Positions 9,001 to 17,547 of a DNA stretch of 64,000 nt are shown piece after piece; the first letter of the stretch is position 1; each line of letters begins with the position of its first letter. Both the position numbers and the translations under genes were made by a program. The notes below the pieces were generated by a model. It worked only from the letters and a program-made list of their open reading frames with translations, did not search any database and was not told the DNA's origin. Location of the stretch: NCBI GenBank assembly GCA_041907825.1, contig JAYRGN010000002.1, positions 381,281 through 445,280 on the forward strand. The letters are read 5' to 3'. The stretch comes from Bacteroidales bacterium (GTDB lineage: Bacteria; Bacteroidota; Bacteroidia; Bacteroidales; JAYRGN01).

Positions 9001-11670
9001 AAATGTTCCATTTGCTGTTGCTGCCGGTTTGTTTACCGTTAATAAAAAGGAGCCGGAACTTACACAGTAATTCGGTAATGCGTTGAATGTTATAGGTATT
9101 CCTACAGTAAAGGGTACTGTAGCCGATCCCGAGCATTGTCCTACCACGGGAGAGGTATAATGATTGGTATAGGTGTAAGTAGCACTATAATTTCCTATAC
9201 CTAAAGTACTGGGAACAAAAGTCGCAGTCCCGTTATGCATGTCTGTTATTCCGGTAAAAACGCCGGTACTTGTACCAGAAGGACTGGGGGTTCCAGTCGC
9301 TGTTATGGTTGAAGTATTGTCATCGCAATATAGTGGATCTATTCCTGTTATTGTTGGTGTCGGACTTACCTCATTTCTTACATAAGTAGTCTGATGTGCT
9401 GTATTTACACATCCGTTACCATCGGTATATTTATAAGTAATGTCATAAAATGTACCACTCGGTTCAGATGAGGGATTAAAAGTTGCGGTTCCATTTCCGT
9501 TATCATGGAATGTATGGGCAGGATCGTAGCTGATGCTGAAAACTCCCGTTGCACCGGTTGGAACACCTGTAACTGTTAGGGTTCCCTGATCATGGCAATA
9601 ACTGGGCGCAAGATTAGCGATAGAAACAACCGGCAGCGGATTTACGGTTAACTTCATGGTGTCATAAGCCATACAGCCTTTGCTGTCGGTCGCAATAACA
9701 CTATAAGTATAAATAATGGGAATTGTTGTTAAATTGGTTGGATTTACATTAATAGTCTGAAATTTTTCACCATCAGACCATAAGTAGGTATAAGCTGGGT
9801 TTCCTCCATTTGCTGTAGCCGAGATTGTTGTGCTGGAGCCTTGACACATGTATTGATCAATTCCGGCATTTACAGTTGGATTTTCATTTACGGTAACTTT
9901 TACATTTGCCTGACTCGAACAACCGTTTGCATTACTTACAGTAACGACATAGCTGGTTGTCGTTAACGGTGATACGGTTATAGCTGCAGACGTTGCCCCT
10001 GTTGTGTTCCAATAATAAGAAGTTCCGCCTGTCGCAGTTAATGTGGTACTGGAACCTTTACAAATTTCAACATCACTTCCGGCATTTGCTGACGGTAAGG
10101 GATTTACGGTAATGATTACAGCATCCGTGCTGGTACATCCATTTGCATCAGTACCTATCACATTGTAAGTTGTGGTGGTAGTCGGTGTTATTGTATGGCT
10201 GGCTCCGGAACCAAGACCGTTGTCCCATGTATAAGAAGTAGAACCAGTGGCAAGTAATGTTGTACTTGTTCCGCTACATATAGCTTTATCACTACCCGCA
10301 TTAACCTGTTGGGGCTGGTTTACGGTTATTGCTGCGGTTGCCGTGCTGGAACAACCATTTACATCGGTAACCGTAACCGTATATGTGGTTGAAGCTGTTG
10401 GAGTAGCAATAACATTGGAGCTGGTAGTCGTATTTAATCCGGTGGAAGGTGACCAGCTATAACTTGTTCCCCCTGAAGCTGCCAAGTTTACAGAATTTCC
10501 TGCACAAACTGTTGATATACTTGGTGTTATACTTGCTGTTGGAAGTGCATTTTTTGTTAGTGTTATTGTATTATTCATATTATTTGAACATCCACTTGCG
10601 TTGGTGGCAACAACGGAGTATGTTCCGGGTGTATTAACGGTCCATGTAATAGACGATCCATTTCCAGAGGCTGTTCCTGCTGGCGTGGCTCCATTATATA
10701 GAACATAATTAACACCTGCTTGTGAACCTGATAAAACAAGGGAAGCTGAAGATCCCGAACAGAAAGATGTTGGTCCGGAAAGTGTGTAAGAAATTGGAAG
10801 CGGATTTGTTGTAATTGTTGTTGAACTGCTTGTCGTTGAGCATCCCGTTGTCGTATTTGTTTCGGTAACAGTATAAGTGCCAGATGTTATATTTGTCCAG
10901 CTTAAAGTATTTCCTGTTCCGTTTACTGCAGAGCCTAAAGGTGATCCTGCTTTGTTTAATTGATAAGTAACACCTGTCTCTGAATTATTAAGAAATAAAG
11001 TGGTTCCACTTGAGCCTATGCAGTAAGAGGGGGGGCTAGCCGTTAATGTTTGCGCAATAGGAGTATTATTAACAGTAAAAGTAACTGTTGAAATGGCTGT
11101 TCCTGCAGAAGTTGTGTAAGTAGCAGTGATAAGTTGATCTCCAGCTCCTGCTGTTGCCGGATTAAAAGTATAACTTGTTCCTGATTGGGTAATACCTGGT
11201 CCACTTATGTCTAAAGTTCCACCAGAAGGTATTGTTGTCGGATTTATCGTGACCGAATTAGTATAAGATGACCCGTTTACACAAAAAGTTGTTTGGGGAG
11301 AGCCGAAAGAGACAGTAGGAGATGGAGCAGCCCCTGTTGTTGCTGTAATTTGAGCTAAAGTCGCATTATTACCCCCCTTTTTTACATATTTTATTATATA
11401 TGTTCCACTTGTAGTCGGTGTAAGTGTATAAGAACCTGATACTGTTCCATTGGTTATTATTGTTCCGTTTGGATCTGTAATATAAAAAAAGCCACTATTG
11501 TCGGATGCAGTTATTGTTGTTGGTGTTCCTACAACGAGAGTAGTCGTACTTAAAGAAAGTGTTGTTGCAAATCCAGTAATAGAGAAAGTCAATAGCATCA
11601 ATGTCGTTACTATTGCTTTATAATAAGCTTTACCCTTATCATACATTAAAGGAGTGTTATTCTGTTCCAT
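1..11670 (-). CDS. Giant cell-surface repeat protein (adhesin-like). This is the N-terminal 3,890 codons; the C-terminus lies beyond the window edge.
   Basis: The minus frame with codon first bases at coordinates divisible by 3 stays open from a TAA at 11856-11854 down to position 1. It is missing from the track only because it has no in-window stop. In-frame ATGs lie at 11850, 11838, 11751, 11712, 11670 and 11646. I prefer 11670 or 11646 because MEQNNTPLMYDKGKAYYKAIVTTLMLLTFSITGFATT reads as a basic n-region followed by a hydrophobic signal/anchor. Spot translations are all Ig-like repeat peptides: at 10980 ETGVTYQLNKAGSPLGSAVNGTGNTLSWTNITSGTYTVTE, at 7980 IYLSGSESGTMYQLYRGASPYGSALKGNGSALDFGNITVA, at 5040 AAGTYTLTTIDATTGCPAST, and at 180-1 DSINCRRSMVQLNGSSTTTGATFNWTGPGKISQADIRDPFVDTKGVYTLTVTNPVNGCTS. 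Confidence 0.9.
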   Translation of the reverse strand, partial: MEQNNTPLMYDKGKAYYKAIVTTLMLLTFSITGFATTLSLSTTTLVVGTPTTITASDNSGFFYITDPNGTIITNGTVSGSYTLTPTTSGTYIIKYVKKGGNNATLAQITATTGAAPSPTVSFGSPQTTFCVNGSSYTNSVTINPTTIPSGGTLDISGPGITQSGTSYTFNPATAGAGDQLITATYTTSAGTAISTVTFTVNNTPIAQTLTASPPSYCIGSSGTTLFLNNSETGVTYQLNKAGSPLGSAVNGTGNTLSWTNITSGTYTVTETNTTTGCSTTSSSTTITTNPLPISYTLSGPTSFCSGSSASLVLSGSQAGVNYVLYNGATPAGTASGNGSSITWTVNTPGTYSVVATNASGCSNNMNNTITLTKNALPTASITPSISTVCAGNSVNLAASGGTSYSWSPSTGLNTTTSSNVIATPTASTTYTVTVTDVNGCSSTATAAITVNQPQQVNAGSDKAICSGTSTTLLATGSTSYTWDNGLGSGASHTITPTTTTTYNVIGTDANGCTSTDAVIITVNPLPSANAGSDVEICKGSSTTLTATGGTSYYWNTTGATSAAITVSPLTTTSYVVTVSNANGCSSQANVKVTVNENPTVNAGIDQYMCQGSSTTISATANGGNPAYTYLWSDGEKFQTINVNPTNLTTIPIIYTYSVIATDSKGCMAYDTMKLTVNPLPVVSIANLAPSYCHDQGTLTVTGVPTGATGVFSISYDPAHTFHDNGNGTATFNPSSEPSGTFYDITYKYTDGNGCVNTAHQTTYVRNEVSPTPTITGIDPLYCDDNTSTITATGTPSPSGTSTGVFTGITDMHNGTATFVPSTLGIGNYSATYTYTNHYTSPVVGQCSGSATVPFTVGIPITFNALPNYCVSSGSFLLTVNKPAATANGTFVVSKGGIPLYSGAEGTATFNPSAQGPGTYTITYSTTTTGSVLCSGTASTTVTVNPLPSAAFTIDGTVNSDLNISICQNGGQATLAGNPNAGGIFSCTDISGAVSGDKFNPVTAGVGFHTIQYVYTDTKGCTNSETGKIQVLSVPPTSITTDSIFCHDHLPVTIIGNPQSGNKGNGVWTGPSGWATTIFKDNLDGTAILDPRLVPVGIDTFTLVYRLPQQTGCVSSARKKITVNYLPTVDFSGLPDSICENATPITLLGNPAPGTGTTGTFSGNGITDNSGTAIFDPTGKANTDQLISYQYTDIKGCSATKAKDVYVKPMPALFSVTGGGTFCPSTVNTSHIYLSGSESGTMYQLYRGASPYGSALKGNGSALDFGNITVAGTYTVMAKATNSCSRQMNGSATVVLGTLPQAASVISGTTSVCPGASYTYTTPSITDATSYTWTLPTGATITSGDGTNTVTVFYATNAVNGNITVQGTNACGSGTAYTLPIVMKPLPNAAGIITGPANVCQGSTLMSYNVPAITNATSYVWTIPPSGASIHSGSTNNTVVLDFSATALSGTLTVAGVNSCGTGTPSTVSINVVPTPTVTIDPASGVVNCTTTPVTITGHTSSDPSTSTYQWVASNGGHIASGSTSSTASVDAAGTFTLTVTEPVNSCKSSASVTVNEDKSAPQNASIASSILNNTLTCTNPQIDLTASTTSSFGVSYAWTYTTGGNIVSGANTPTIRVDKPATYTVTITNTATGCTVNKSITISSDQLAPVITKTATAQLNCQTTKVQLNVSAPNSTFVWTATGTAVGATFTGGNTIANPLVDRPGVYNVTATGTNGCVATDNVTVTQDLSVPLAVSIDTTTNNTGTLTCSVSSLQLKANTSTPSATYSWTTSNGGHIKTGTGTTSQLATVDAAGDYTVTIMHPTTYCTTTAMLHVKQNTTLPVITFPVLPADITCAAPTSTINSTVVPSSATYAYQWTGPSNSTIGTPTAANTSVDQPGTYSLTATSKVNGCSSTNSVTVAKALAPVVSIIPPTTALTCTSNVTLVGSLAGSPSITNYTAAWTGPASGISGSTSNINAIATMSGTYTLTITDNTTGCTGTASITISKNDIAPDISVDNTPDQLSCSNKIIPLKGTSKTANASFLWTGPAGATITNANSPTPTVDKVGTYTLTVTDPVNGCTSTGTVTVSSNTTTPSQPVILTPAALTCSKTTTDLVVSPTPLNVNYLWTTTGTGTITNPTSSTATVNNIGSYTVTVTDRTSGCSNQSSVTVSKISTKPVPAISGAPYKVSCSAPSIVLDGSSSTGINPTWTASNGGHIASNGNTTKPTVDAAGTYTLTTIDATTGCPASTNVSVSATTNLPTYSVNTLPDAITCKKTQVTLSGQPTQSGMNYTWTASPGHIVSGETSFNPVVDQPGNYIFEVTDPTTGCSSKVVVVVNSDNTNPTLSIAPFADITCSNPQVQLSASTPSTNVSYAWTVSNGGTIKSGTESTQSPIALTQGSYTVVLTNNDNNCTSTQTVNVVAKTTNPQVSIDQNPAQINCTNNKVTLNGSSSTSGVSYKWTTTGTGNIYNPTLASTPVDDEGDYYLTVTDPANGCSKTTSVHVNKSIIPPDATIAPVSDVLTKTVTTVQLNGTSSTPNVTYKWTGPGNISAPTSQTTNVDAPGTYTLTVTATNGCTNSKTVTVSQDLTKPAAPSATGATICYGSAAGTLSAIGTNIKWYSDATLSVKLHDGNSFTPSGYTNVGVYYFYVTQTSTTNGNQSAATQVSYTINGLPVSPTVSDKQVCQGSANPPLSATGAAGSTIKWYDMAAGGTLIGTGSTYTPPTSASAPGSYSYYATQTDTYGCESSSSEVKLTINPLLNLTISTPDVLTCANNNHVTLSGNADITGASLLWTGPGIVSGASSAHPVVTAPGTYTLTATNTITGCSAVAPASVTVTQNNNAPVIGFSTMPGTITCSSPTTVITGTSSAANNKWQWSTSDGTFTSSTSLKSATVSSKGNYVLTVTDTDNGCSSSRTVSVDENKTTPVASIAAPAHITCNATAITLGGSVTGSPVSVIWTPTNGGSIPVGSENSLTPTVSSAGTYTMTATNTSSGCQSSATVTVIDDRGNTPVITINTTPNALDCKTTTVSLYGTATNASLLWTGGPAGATITNQTSSSPTVNMAGTYTLTATDNTTGCKSTANITVKSNVATVAIPVINTPGILNCNNPTINISATSTVANALYSWSVVSGGNITSTSNTSTITVDGIGEYKLTITDPSNFCTNSASVNVSKKTNAPTIGFPTTPSAITCTATATQLNSTVTTTTSSVADLLWTGPGTISNATVNNPIVNAAGTYTLTATDIITGCSSSKTITVISQTTPPDLNINPPAKLTCKTTSGITLTGTTSVTNFTALWSTSDGSISGATNQLTATVLKKGTYTLTVTNNDNGCSTTKSVIVSDDLTVPDISVDQNPAKITCTNLTTTLFGSSSTTNAKLQWTGSGIVSGANTSSPVVNAAGSYLLTVTGDNGCTSSASVTVNLENTTPLSPVIISPDQLSCKNSSVNLSVSNPTSDVTYSWTTTSSSLISNANTAVATVTDPGSYKVRATNKVSGCYAESSVTVIKNVAAPVFSIDPGPYTISCSTTSLTINASATTGTNPQWSVSNGGHISGGGSTFTPVVDAAGTYTLTVTEPTSQCTAMKSVDVAADVTLPSLYIMPYADTLNCSRTTVTLSGNPTDPNDVYTWTESPGHFVSDQTTHNPVVDQPGSYILTVTSHTTGCKRIASVSVVQNTIQPIITINKPDSFYCSTSEVLVKASANISRAAYSWATSGTGSGLIKAGYENTANTIVLASGDYTVTVKNLDNKCSSTKSVTVGKNQTPPAIAVNKSPDKLTCTRNSVILSGSSTNNVNFLWYSKVAGTKIDNANTAHPTVYATGKYYLQITDQHNGCVNIDSISVDEDKTSPQIWINTKPDSINCRRSMVQLNGSSTTTGATFNWTGPGKISQADIRDPFVDTKGVYTLTVTNPVNGCTS

Positions 11671-12331
11671 CTTTCGTAGATTAAGGTCTTGTTGATTTTT
11701 TTGTAGATACATGATAAGCGGGACTTTAAGCGAGTTTTTTCGTTGCAGCATGTGCAAAATATCACACACAACGTATCTTCTACGCAGCAACAGGTTGTGT
11801 TTAGTTTTTATGATAGAAAATATGTTATTATACCCCATGTCGAACCCCATTAATTACAAAAAGCATGCTGTTTATAAGCAGCATAGAAATATTCATAATG
11901 GTTTTACATAGGTATTTTATGCTTCAAAGTGTTATACGAAAAAAATAAAATTTAAGTTTCGTTATATCTCTTGTTAATCAATAAAAAAGTACTGAGTGAA
12001 TTTTGAAAATTTGTCTTTTATAGATCATTCTGCTATACGTTTTTTTTATGTCTGATTAGTCTTGTGTCGAGTTTGTTATGCTCCTACTTCTCCCCATCTT
12101 TACAGTATAGTTTCTTTATTGTTTATTTACCTATTGGGTAGTTAAGGGTAAAGAAAGGGTAGAGAAAAAGTAAAGAAAACAGGGTGTAAACTCGGAATAA
12201 AATCAACATTAAAGGGATTTATTATGGATAAATGCATCATGATATGTGTTGCTGCAATTTGCAATACGGGAATGAAAATACTTTTAAATGAATATTTTTC
12301 AGAAAACTATGCAAAAGATAAAATATAGTTA

Positions 12332-12339
12332 TAAATTTG
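12332..12339 (+). promoter_or_regulatory. Candidate Bacteroidota sigma-A -7 box (TAAATTTG), distal to rpsL
   Basis: Exact match to the TAnnTTTG consensus, ~190 nt upstream of the rpsL ATG in AT-rich intergenic DNA. Confidence 0.3.
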
Positions 12340-12464
12340 CGCCACTTTTTATGTGCAGTAGAATGTACATTAAAAACAGGTATTTAGCAGTTTTTCCGAC
12401 TTTATAAGTAGCTCGTTTTACTTAAAAATGAGATGATTTATATTGTTTTACAGGGAAAAAACTA

Positions 12465-12472
12465 TACCTTTG
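12465..12472 (+). promoter_or_regulatory. Candidate -7 box (TACCTTTG) for the str operon
   Basis: Exact TAnnTTTG 49 nt upstream of the rpsL ATG at 12521. A TTG at 12443-12445 sits about 19 nt upstream and could be the -33 element. Confidence 0.45.
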
Positions 12473-12520
12473 CAAACCATTTTTTGTGAGAAATATTTAT
12501 TTTTTAATTGTTACAGCAAT

Positions 12521-12940
12521 ATGCCTACAATTCAGCAATTAGTAAGAAAAGGTAGAGTAACGATTGAAGACAAAAGCAAGGCTCCGGCTCTTGATTCATG
12601 TCCTCAACGTCGTGGAGTTTGTGTACGTGTGTACACTACTACCCCGAAAAAGCCGAATTCAGCTATGCGTAAAGTTGCCAGGGTTCGTATGACCAACGGC
12701 AAAGAAGTAAACGCATACATTCCGGGTGAAGGCCACAACCTTCAGGAACACTCCATCGTCCTCGTTCGTGGCGGTAGGGTAAAAGACTTACCTGGTGTAC
12801 GTTATCATATCGTTCGCGGTACGCTTGATGCGGCTGGCGTTGATGGTCGTAACCAACGTCGTTCTAAATATGGTACAAAACGTCCAAAAGCAGGAAAAGG
12901 TGGCGCTGCAGCTGCTCCAGCTAAAGGTAAAAAGAAATAA
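12521..12940 (+). CDS. rpsL: 30S ribosomal protein S12
   Basis: Track ORF 12443..12940 contains canonical S12 from [12 protein letters not shown] (ATG at 12521). The 26 upstream codons are AT-rich leader. Lys/Ala/Gly-rich C-terminal tail. Confidence 0.97.
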   Translation: MPTIQQLVRKGRVTIEDKSKAPALDSCPQRRGVCVRVYTTTPKKPNSAMRKVARVRMTNGKEVNAYIPGEGHNLQEHSIVLVRGGRVKDLPGVRYHIVRGTLDAAGVDGRNQRRSKYGTKRPKAGKGGAAAAPAKGKKK

Positions 12941-12952
12941 TAAGGATAACCG

Positions 12953-13429
12953 ATGAGAAAGTCTACTCCTAAAAAAAGGATCATCCTCCCGGATCCTAAG
13001 TTCAACGATACGCTTGTAACTCGTTTCGTGAACAATATGATGTATAGCGGAAAGAAAAGCACTTCCTATAACATTTTCTACGAAGCCATGGATATTATTG
13101 CTGCCAAAATGAAAGACAGCGAAAAAACTCCACTTGAAATCTGGAAAAAAGCACTCGAAAACATCACGCCTCAGGTTGAAGTTAAGAGTCGTCGTGTTGG
13201 TGGTGCTACCTTTCAGGTTCCTACCGAAATCCGTGCTGACCGTAAGATTTCGATCAGTATCAAAAACATGATCCTTTATTCACGTAAACGCAGCGGTAAA
13301 GGAATGGGCGAAAAACTCGCTGCAGAAATCATGGCTGCTTATAATGAAGAAGGTGCTGCTTTCAAAAAGAAAGAAGATACCCATAAAATGGCTGAAGCAA
13401 ACAAAGCTTTCGCTCATTTCCGTTTTTAA
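12953..13429 (+). CDS. rpsG: 30S ribosomal protein S7
   Basis: 158 aa, [19 protein letters not shown]...; conserved position after rpsL. Confidence 0.97.
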   Translation: MRKSTPKKRIILPDPKFNDTLVTRFVNNMMYSGKKSTSYNIFYEAMDIIAAKMKDSEKTPLEIWKKALENITPQVEVKSRRVGGATFQVPTEIRADRKISISIKNMILYSRKRSGKGMGEKLAAEIMAAYNEEGAAFKKKEDTHKMAEANKAFAHFRF

Positions 13430-13453
13430 TCCAGTTCCTGAAAGAGTTTTTAT

Positions 13454-15562
13454 ATGGCAAGAGATTTAAAATATACGCGTAACATCGGTATTATGGCGCA
13501 CATTGACGCCGGTAAAACAACTACATCTGAACGTATCCTCTTTTATACAGGGGTTAACTATAAGATTGGTGAAGTACACGATGGCGCAGCTACAATGGAC
13601 TGGATGGTTCAGGAGCAGGAACGTGGTATTACCATTACTTCTGCTGCAACAACCTGTTTCTGGAAACATAAAGACGAAGAATATAAGTTTAATCTTATTG
13701 ACACCCCGGGTCACGTTGACTTTACTGTTGAAGTAGAACGTTCGCTTCGTATTCTTGACGGTGCTGTTGCTCTTTTTTGCGCAGTAGGTGGTGTTGAACC
13801 TCAGTCTGAAACTGTTTGGCGTCAGGCAAATAAGTACAACGTACCTCGTTTGGCTTTCGTTAACAAAATGGACCGTACTGGTGCTGACTTTTTATCGGTT
13901 GTAAACCAGATTCACGAACGTCTCGGAACCAAAGCTATTCCTCTTCAAATTCCAATCGGAGCTGAAGACAAGTTTATGGGAGTTGTTGACCTTATCGAAA
14001 TGAAAGGTATTACCTGGGAAGACGATGTTAAACTGGGTTCTACCTATAAATATATTGATATTCCTGCAGATCTGAAAGAACAGGCAGAAGAGTATCATCA
14101 GATTCTTCTCGAAGCAGCTTCTGAACAAGATGATGCATTGATGGAAAAATTCTTTGAAGATCCATCTTCGATTACATCTGACGAAATTCGTGAGGCTATT
14201 CGTAAAGCAACACTTTCAATGTCTTTTGTTCCCGTTCTTTGTGGTTCGGCTTTCAAAAACAAAGGCGTTCAGCAGTTGCTCGATGCTGTTACTGAATATT
14301 TGCCAAGTCCGCTTGACTTCCCTGAAGTTCATGGTATAAACCCAGAAACGGATGCCGAAGTTGTGTACAATGCAGATCCTAAACAACCATTGGTTGCACT
14401 GGCATTTAAGATTGCAACAGACCCGTTTGTTGGTCGTTTGGCCTTTATTCGTATTTATTCGGGTACACTTACTTCGGGATCTTACGTACTTAATCCCCGT
14501 ACCGGTAAAAAAGAACGTATTTCTCGTTTGTACCAGATGCATGCGAATAAACAAAATCCCCGTGATGCTGTTGAGGCCGGAGATATTTGCGGTGCTGTAG
14601 GTTTTAAAGATATCCGTACTGGTGATACACTTTGCGACGAAAAAGCTCCGGTAGCACTCGAATCAATGACATTTCCCGAACCTGTTATCGGTTTGGCAGT
14701 TGAGCCTAAAACTCAGAATGACGTTGATAAGCTGGGCATGGCTTTGGCTAAACTGTCGGAAGAAGATCCAACATTCCGCGTTAAAACAGACGAAGATTCA
14801 GGACAAACCATTATTGAAGGTATGGGTGAACTTCACCTCGAAATCATCGTTGACCGTCTTCGCCGTGAATTTAAAGTAGAATGTAATCAGGGTGCTCCTC
14901 AGGTTGCCTACAAAGAAACAATTACCAAACCAGTTGATCATCGTGAAGTGTTCAAAAAACAGTCTGGTGGTCGTGGTAAATTTGCTGATATTGTAGTTCG
15001 TGTTGAACCAGCACCCGAAGGAACAACAGGTCTTATCTTTGTTGACGAAGTAAAAGGTGGTAACGTACCTAAAGAATATATACCTTCTGTAGAAAAGGGT
15101 TTCAAAGAAGCAATGCGTAACGGTGTTCTTGCTGGTTATACAGTAGATAGTTTGAAAGTGACGCTAAAAGACGGATCTTTCCATCCTGTAGACTCCGACT
15201 CGCTTTCTTTCGAAATTGCTGCAAGGCAAGCATTCAGAGAAGCTTGTAAAAAAGCTGCTCCTGTACTTCTCGAACCTATTATGTCTCTCGAAGTGGTAAC
15301 TCCTGAAGAATATATGGGTGATGTTATCGGCGACCTTAACAAACGCCGTGGACAGATAGAAGGTATGGAATCTAAAGCAGGTGGACGTGTAGTGAAAGCT
15401 AAAGTACCTCTTGCCGAACAGTTTGGTTATGTAACTGTATTACGTACTTTGAGCTCTGGACGTGCAACTTCAAGTATGGAATTCTCTCATTACTCGGAAG
15501 TTCCTGCCAATATTGCACAAGAAGTTCTCAAGAAAGTAAAAGGTAAAACCGGAAACGAATAA
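13454..15562 (+). CDS. fusA: Translation elongation factor G
   Basis: 702 aa with GTPase motifs [17 protein letters not shown] and NKMD. Lies between rpsG and rpsJ. Confidence 0.98.
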   Translation: MARDLKYTRNIGIMAHIDAGKTTTSERILFYTGVNYKIGEVHDGAATMDWMVQEQERGITITSAATTCFWKHKDEEYKFNLIDTPGHVDFTVEVERSLRILDGAVALFCAVGGVEPQSETVWRQANKYNVPRLAFVNKMDRTGADFLSVVNQIHERLGTKAIPLQIPIGAEDKFMGVVDLIEMKGITWEDDVKLGSTYKYIDIPADLKEQAEEYHQILLEAASEQDDALMEKFFEDPSSITSDEIREAIRKATLSMSFVPVLCGSAFKNKGVQQLLDAVTEYLPSPLDFPEVHGINPETDAEVVYNADPKQPLVALAFKIATDPFVGRLAFIRIYSGTLTSGSYVLNPRTGKKERISRLYQMHANKQNPRDAVEAGDICGAVGFKDIRTGDTLCDEKAPVALESMTFPEPVIGLAVEPKTQNDVDKLGMALAKLSEEDPTFRVKTDEDSGQTIIEGMGELHLEIIVDRLRREFKVECNQGAPQVAYKETITKPVDHREVFKKQSGGRGKFADIVVRVEPAPEGTTGLIFVDEVKGGNVPKEYIPSVEKGFKEAMRNGVLAGYTVDSLKVTLKDGSFHPVDSDSLSFEIAARQAFREACKKAAPVLLEPIMSLEVVTPEEYMGDVIGDLNKRRGQIEGMESKAGGRVVKAKVPLAEQFGYVTVLRTLSSGRATSSMEFSHYSEVPANIAQEVLKKVKGKTGNE

Positions 15563-15575
15563 TTATATCACAAGA

Positions 15576-15881
15576 ATGAGCCAGAAGATTCGCATTAAAT
15601 TGAAATCTTACGACCATAATCTGGTAGATAAGTCAGCCGAGAAAATCGTGAAGACTGTAAAATCTACCGGAGCGATAGTAAGCGGTCCTATTCCCTTACC
15701 AACGCATCGTCGTATTTTTACTGTAAATCGCTCGACCTTTGTTAACAAAAAGGCACGCGAACAGTTCCAATTGTCATCGTTCAAAAGGATGCTCGACATT
15801 TACAGTTCGACACCTAAAACTATCGATGCCTTAATGAAACTTGAACTTCCTAGTGGAGTAGAAGTAGAAATCAAAGTTTGA
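15576..15881 (+). CDS. rpsJ: 30S ribosomal protein S10
   Basis: 101 aa, [14 protein letters not shown]...; first gene of the S10 block. Confidence 0.97.
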   Translation: MSQKIRIKLKSYDHNLVDKSAEKIVKTVKSTGAIVSGPIPLPTHRRIFTVNRSTFVNKKAREQFQLSSFKRMLDIYSSTPKTIDALMKLELPSGVEVEIKV

Positions 15882-15920
15882 CGTTGACGTTTCTCTAATT
15901 TTTTAAATTAAATTAAAACT

Positions 15921-16541
15921 ATGCCAGGTTTAATTGGAAAGAAGGTTGGTATGACATCAATCTTCAACGAAGCAGGTAAAAACATACCCTGTACTGTAAT
16001 CGAGGCCGGCCCATGTGTAATCACTCAGGTAAAGACCATTGAAAAAGATGGTTACTCGGCAGTACAACTGGCCTATGGTGAGCAAAAGGAAAAACATACC
16101 AACAAACCCATGTTGGGCCATTTTGCAAAAGCCAATGTAAGCCCCAAGCGTGAGCTTGTCGAATTCAGGGTCGACAGTAATGAAACCTACAAAGCAGGTG
16201 ATGTTGTTACTGTTGAATATCTTAATGATGCTCAATGGGTAGATGTTGTTGGAACATCAAAAGGTAAAGGTTTTCAAGGGGTAGTTAAACGCCATGGTTT
16301 TGCAGGTGTTGGTGGTCAAACTCACGGTCAGCATAACCGTTTACGTGCCCCGGGTTCTCTTGGTGCATCATCGTTTCCTTCGAGAGTATTCAAAGGAATG
16401 CGTATGGCAGGACAGACAGGTGATAAACGCGTAAAGGCACAGAACTTACAGGTTGTGCGCATTTTACCCGAAAGTAATCTTCTTCTTGTGAAAGGTTCTG
16501 TTCCCGGTGCCAAAGGCTCCATTGTGATAATAGAGAAGTAA
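15921..16541 (+). CDS. rplC: 50S ribosomal protein L3
   Basis: 206 aa, [15 protein letters not shown]...; conserved order. Confidence 0.97.
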   Translation: MPGLIGKKVGMTSIFNEAGKNIPCTVIEAGPCVITQVKTIEKDGYSAVQLAYGEQKEKHTNKPMLGHFAKANVSPKRELVEFRVDSNETYKAGDVVTVEYLNDAQWVDVVGTSKGKGFQGVVKRHGFAGVGGQTHGQHNRLRAPGSLGASSFPSRVFKGMRMAGQTGDKRVKAQNLQVVRILPESNLLLVKGSVPGAKGSIVIIEK

Positions 16542-16606
16542 AGTTCCCGCGAGGGTGTAACAATTAGAAATTAGAGCCTGAAAGGCCTGATTAAAACTTT
16601 TACCCG

Positions 16607-17230
16607 ATGAAATTATCAGTTTTAAATATTGAAGGTAAAGATACCGGCAGGGTCGTAGAACTCGACGCTGAGATATTCGGTATAACACCCAACGATCACG
16701 CCATTTATCTCGATGTAAAGCAGTATTTGGCCAATAATCGTCAGGGAACTCATAAGGCTAAAAACCGTAATGAGGTTGCTTATAGTACCCGCAAGCTTAA
16801 AAAGCAAAAAGGTACTGGTGGTGCTCGTGCAGGTAGCATCAAGTCTGGAACAATCGTTGGCGGAGGACGTATTTTTGGTCCTGTTCCACGTGACTACAGC
16901 TTTAAACTCAATAAGAAAGTAAAAGAGATCGCTCGTAAATCAGCACTCTCTTACAAAGCAAATGACAATTCAATTGTGGTTGTTGAAGACTTCGAAATGA
17001 ACGATCCAAAAACCAAACAAATTGTTGCGCTGAAAAATAATTTGAAAATAGCTGATAAAAAGTCTGTTCTGGTGCTGCCGGAAACGAATAAAAATATATA
17101 TTTGTCCTCTCGAAATTTGCCGGGTAGTAAAGTAGTAGCTGTTTATGACTTAAACACTTACGAAATTATGAACGCAGGTGCAGTCGTATTTTTCGAAAGC
17201 ACCTTGGGCAAAATAGAGAACAATGGCTAA
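16607..17230 (+). CDS. rplD: 50S ribosomal protein L4
   Basis: 207 aa, ...[29 protein letters not shown]...; conserved order. Confidence 0.96.
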   Translation: MKLSVLNIEGKDTGRVVELDAEIFGITPNDHAIYLDVKQYLANNRQGTHKAKNRNEVAYSTRKLKKQKGTGGARAGSIKSGTIVGGGRIFGPVPRDYSFKLNKKVKEIARKSALSYKANDNSIVVVEDFEMNDPKTKQIVALKNNLKIADKKSVLVLPETNKNIYLSSRNLPGSKVVAVYDLNTYEIMNAGAVVFFESTLGKIENNG

Positions 17231-17249
17231 CCGTTGAAAATGCATTGTA

Positions 17250-17540
17250 ATGGAAATTTTGATTAGACCTCTTATTACTGAAAAGATAACCGCAATGGGC
17301 GATAAACTTGGCCGTTACGGTTTTGTGGTTGCAAAAAAAGCCAACAAGCTTCAGATTCGGAAAGCCGTTGAAGAAATGTATGGTGTTAACGTAACCAGCA
17401 TAAATACCCTTATTGTAGGCGGAAAAGATAAAACCCGTTATACAAAAGCAGGTATGGTACATGGACGCTCAAGTTCATATAAAAAAGCTATCGTAACCCT
17501 TGCAGAAGGTGAAAAGATCGATTTTTACAGCAATATCTGA
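17250..17540 (+). CDS. rplW: 50S ribosomal protein L23
   Basis: 96 aa, MEILIRPLITEK...; conserved order. Confidence 0.96.
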   Translation: MEILIRPLITEKITAMGDKLGRYGFVVAKKANKLQIRKAVEEMYGVNVTSINTLIVGGKDKTRYTKAGMVHGRSSSYKKAIVTLAEGEKIDFYSNI

Positions 17541-17547
17541 TTAAGCA

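Noticed and set aside
711-10637. About 13 plus-strand ORFs of 61-172 aa in the track (for example 2054-2572, 1751-2029, 10247-10462), with Val/Leu/Thr-rich low-complexity translations
   Set aside because: They lie antisense to an 11.67-kb open minus-strand frame with clear protein-repeat structure. Their composition is the mirror image of the Gly/Thr/Val/Asn-rich sense codons. They have no motifs or plausible starts.
11711-11911. The 66-aa plus-strand ORF in the adhesin/rpsL spacer as a small regulatory protein
   Set aside because: It overlaps the possible 5' extension of the adhesin frame. Its sequence has no signal, motif or convincing promoter context, so the evidence is insufficient.
12443-12520. 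N-terminal extensions in track ORFs: rpsL from 12443, rpsN from 21952, rplF from 22676, rpmD from 24140, hslR to 51937, and the OlsF-like gene from TTG 42849
   Set aside because: The extensions overlap upstream genes or AT-rich leader, and the conserved protein families begin at the internal Met. Coordinates were trimmed accordingly.
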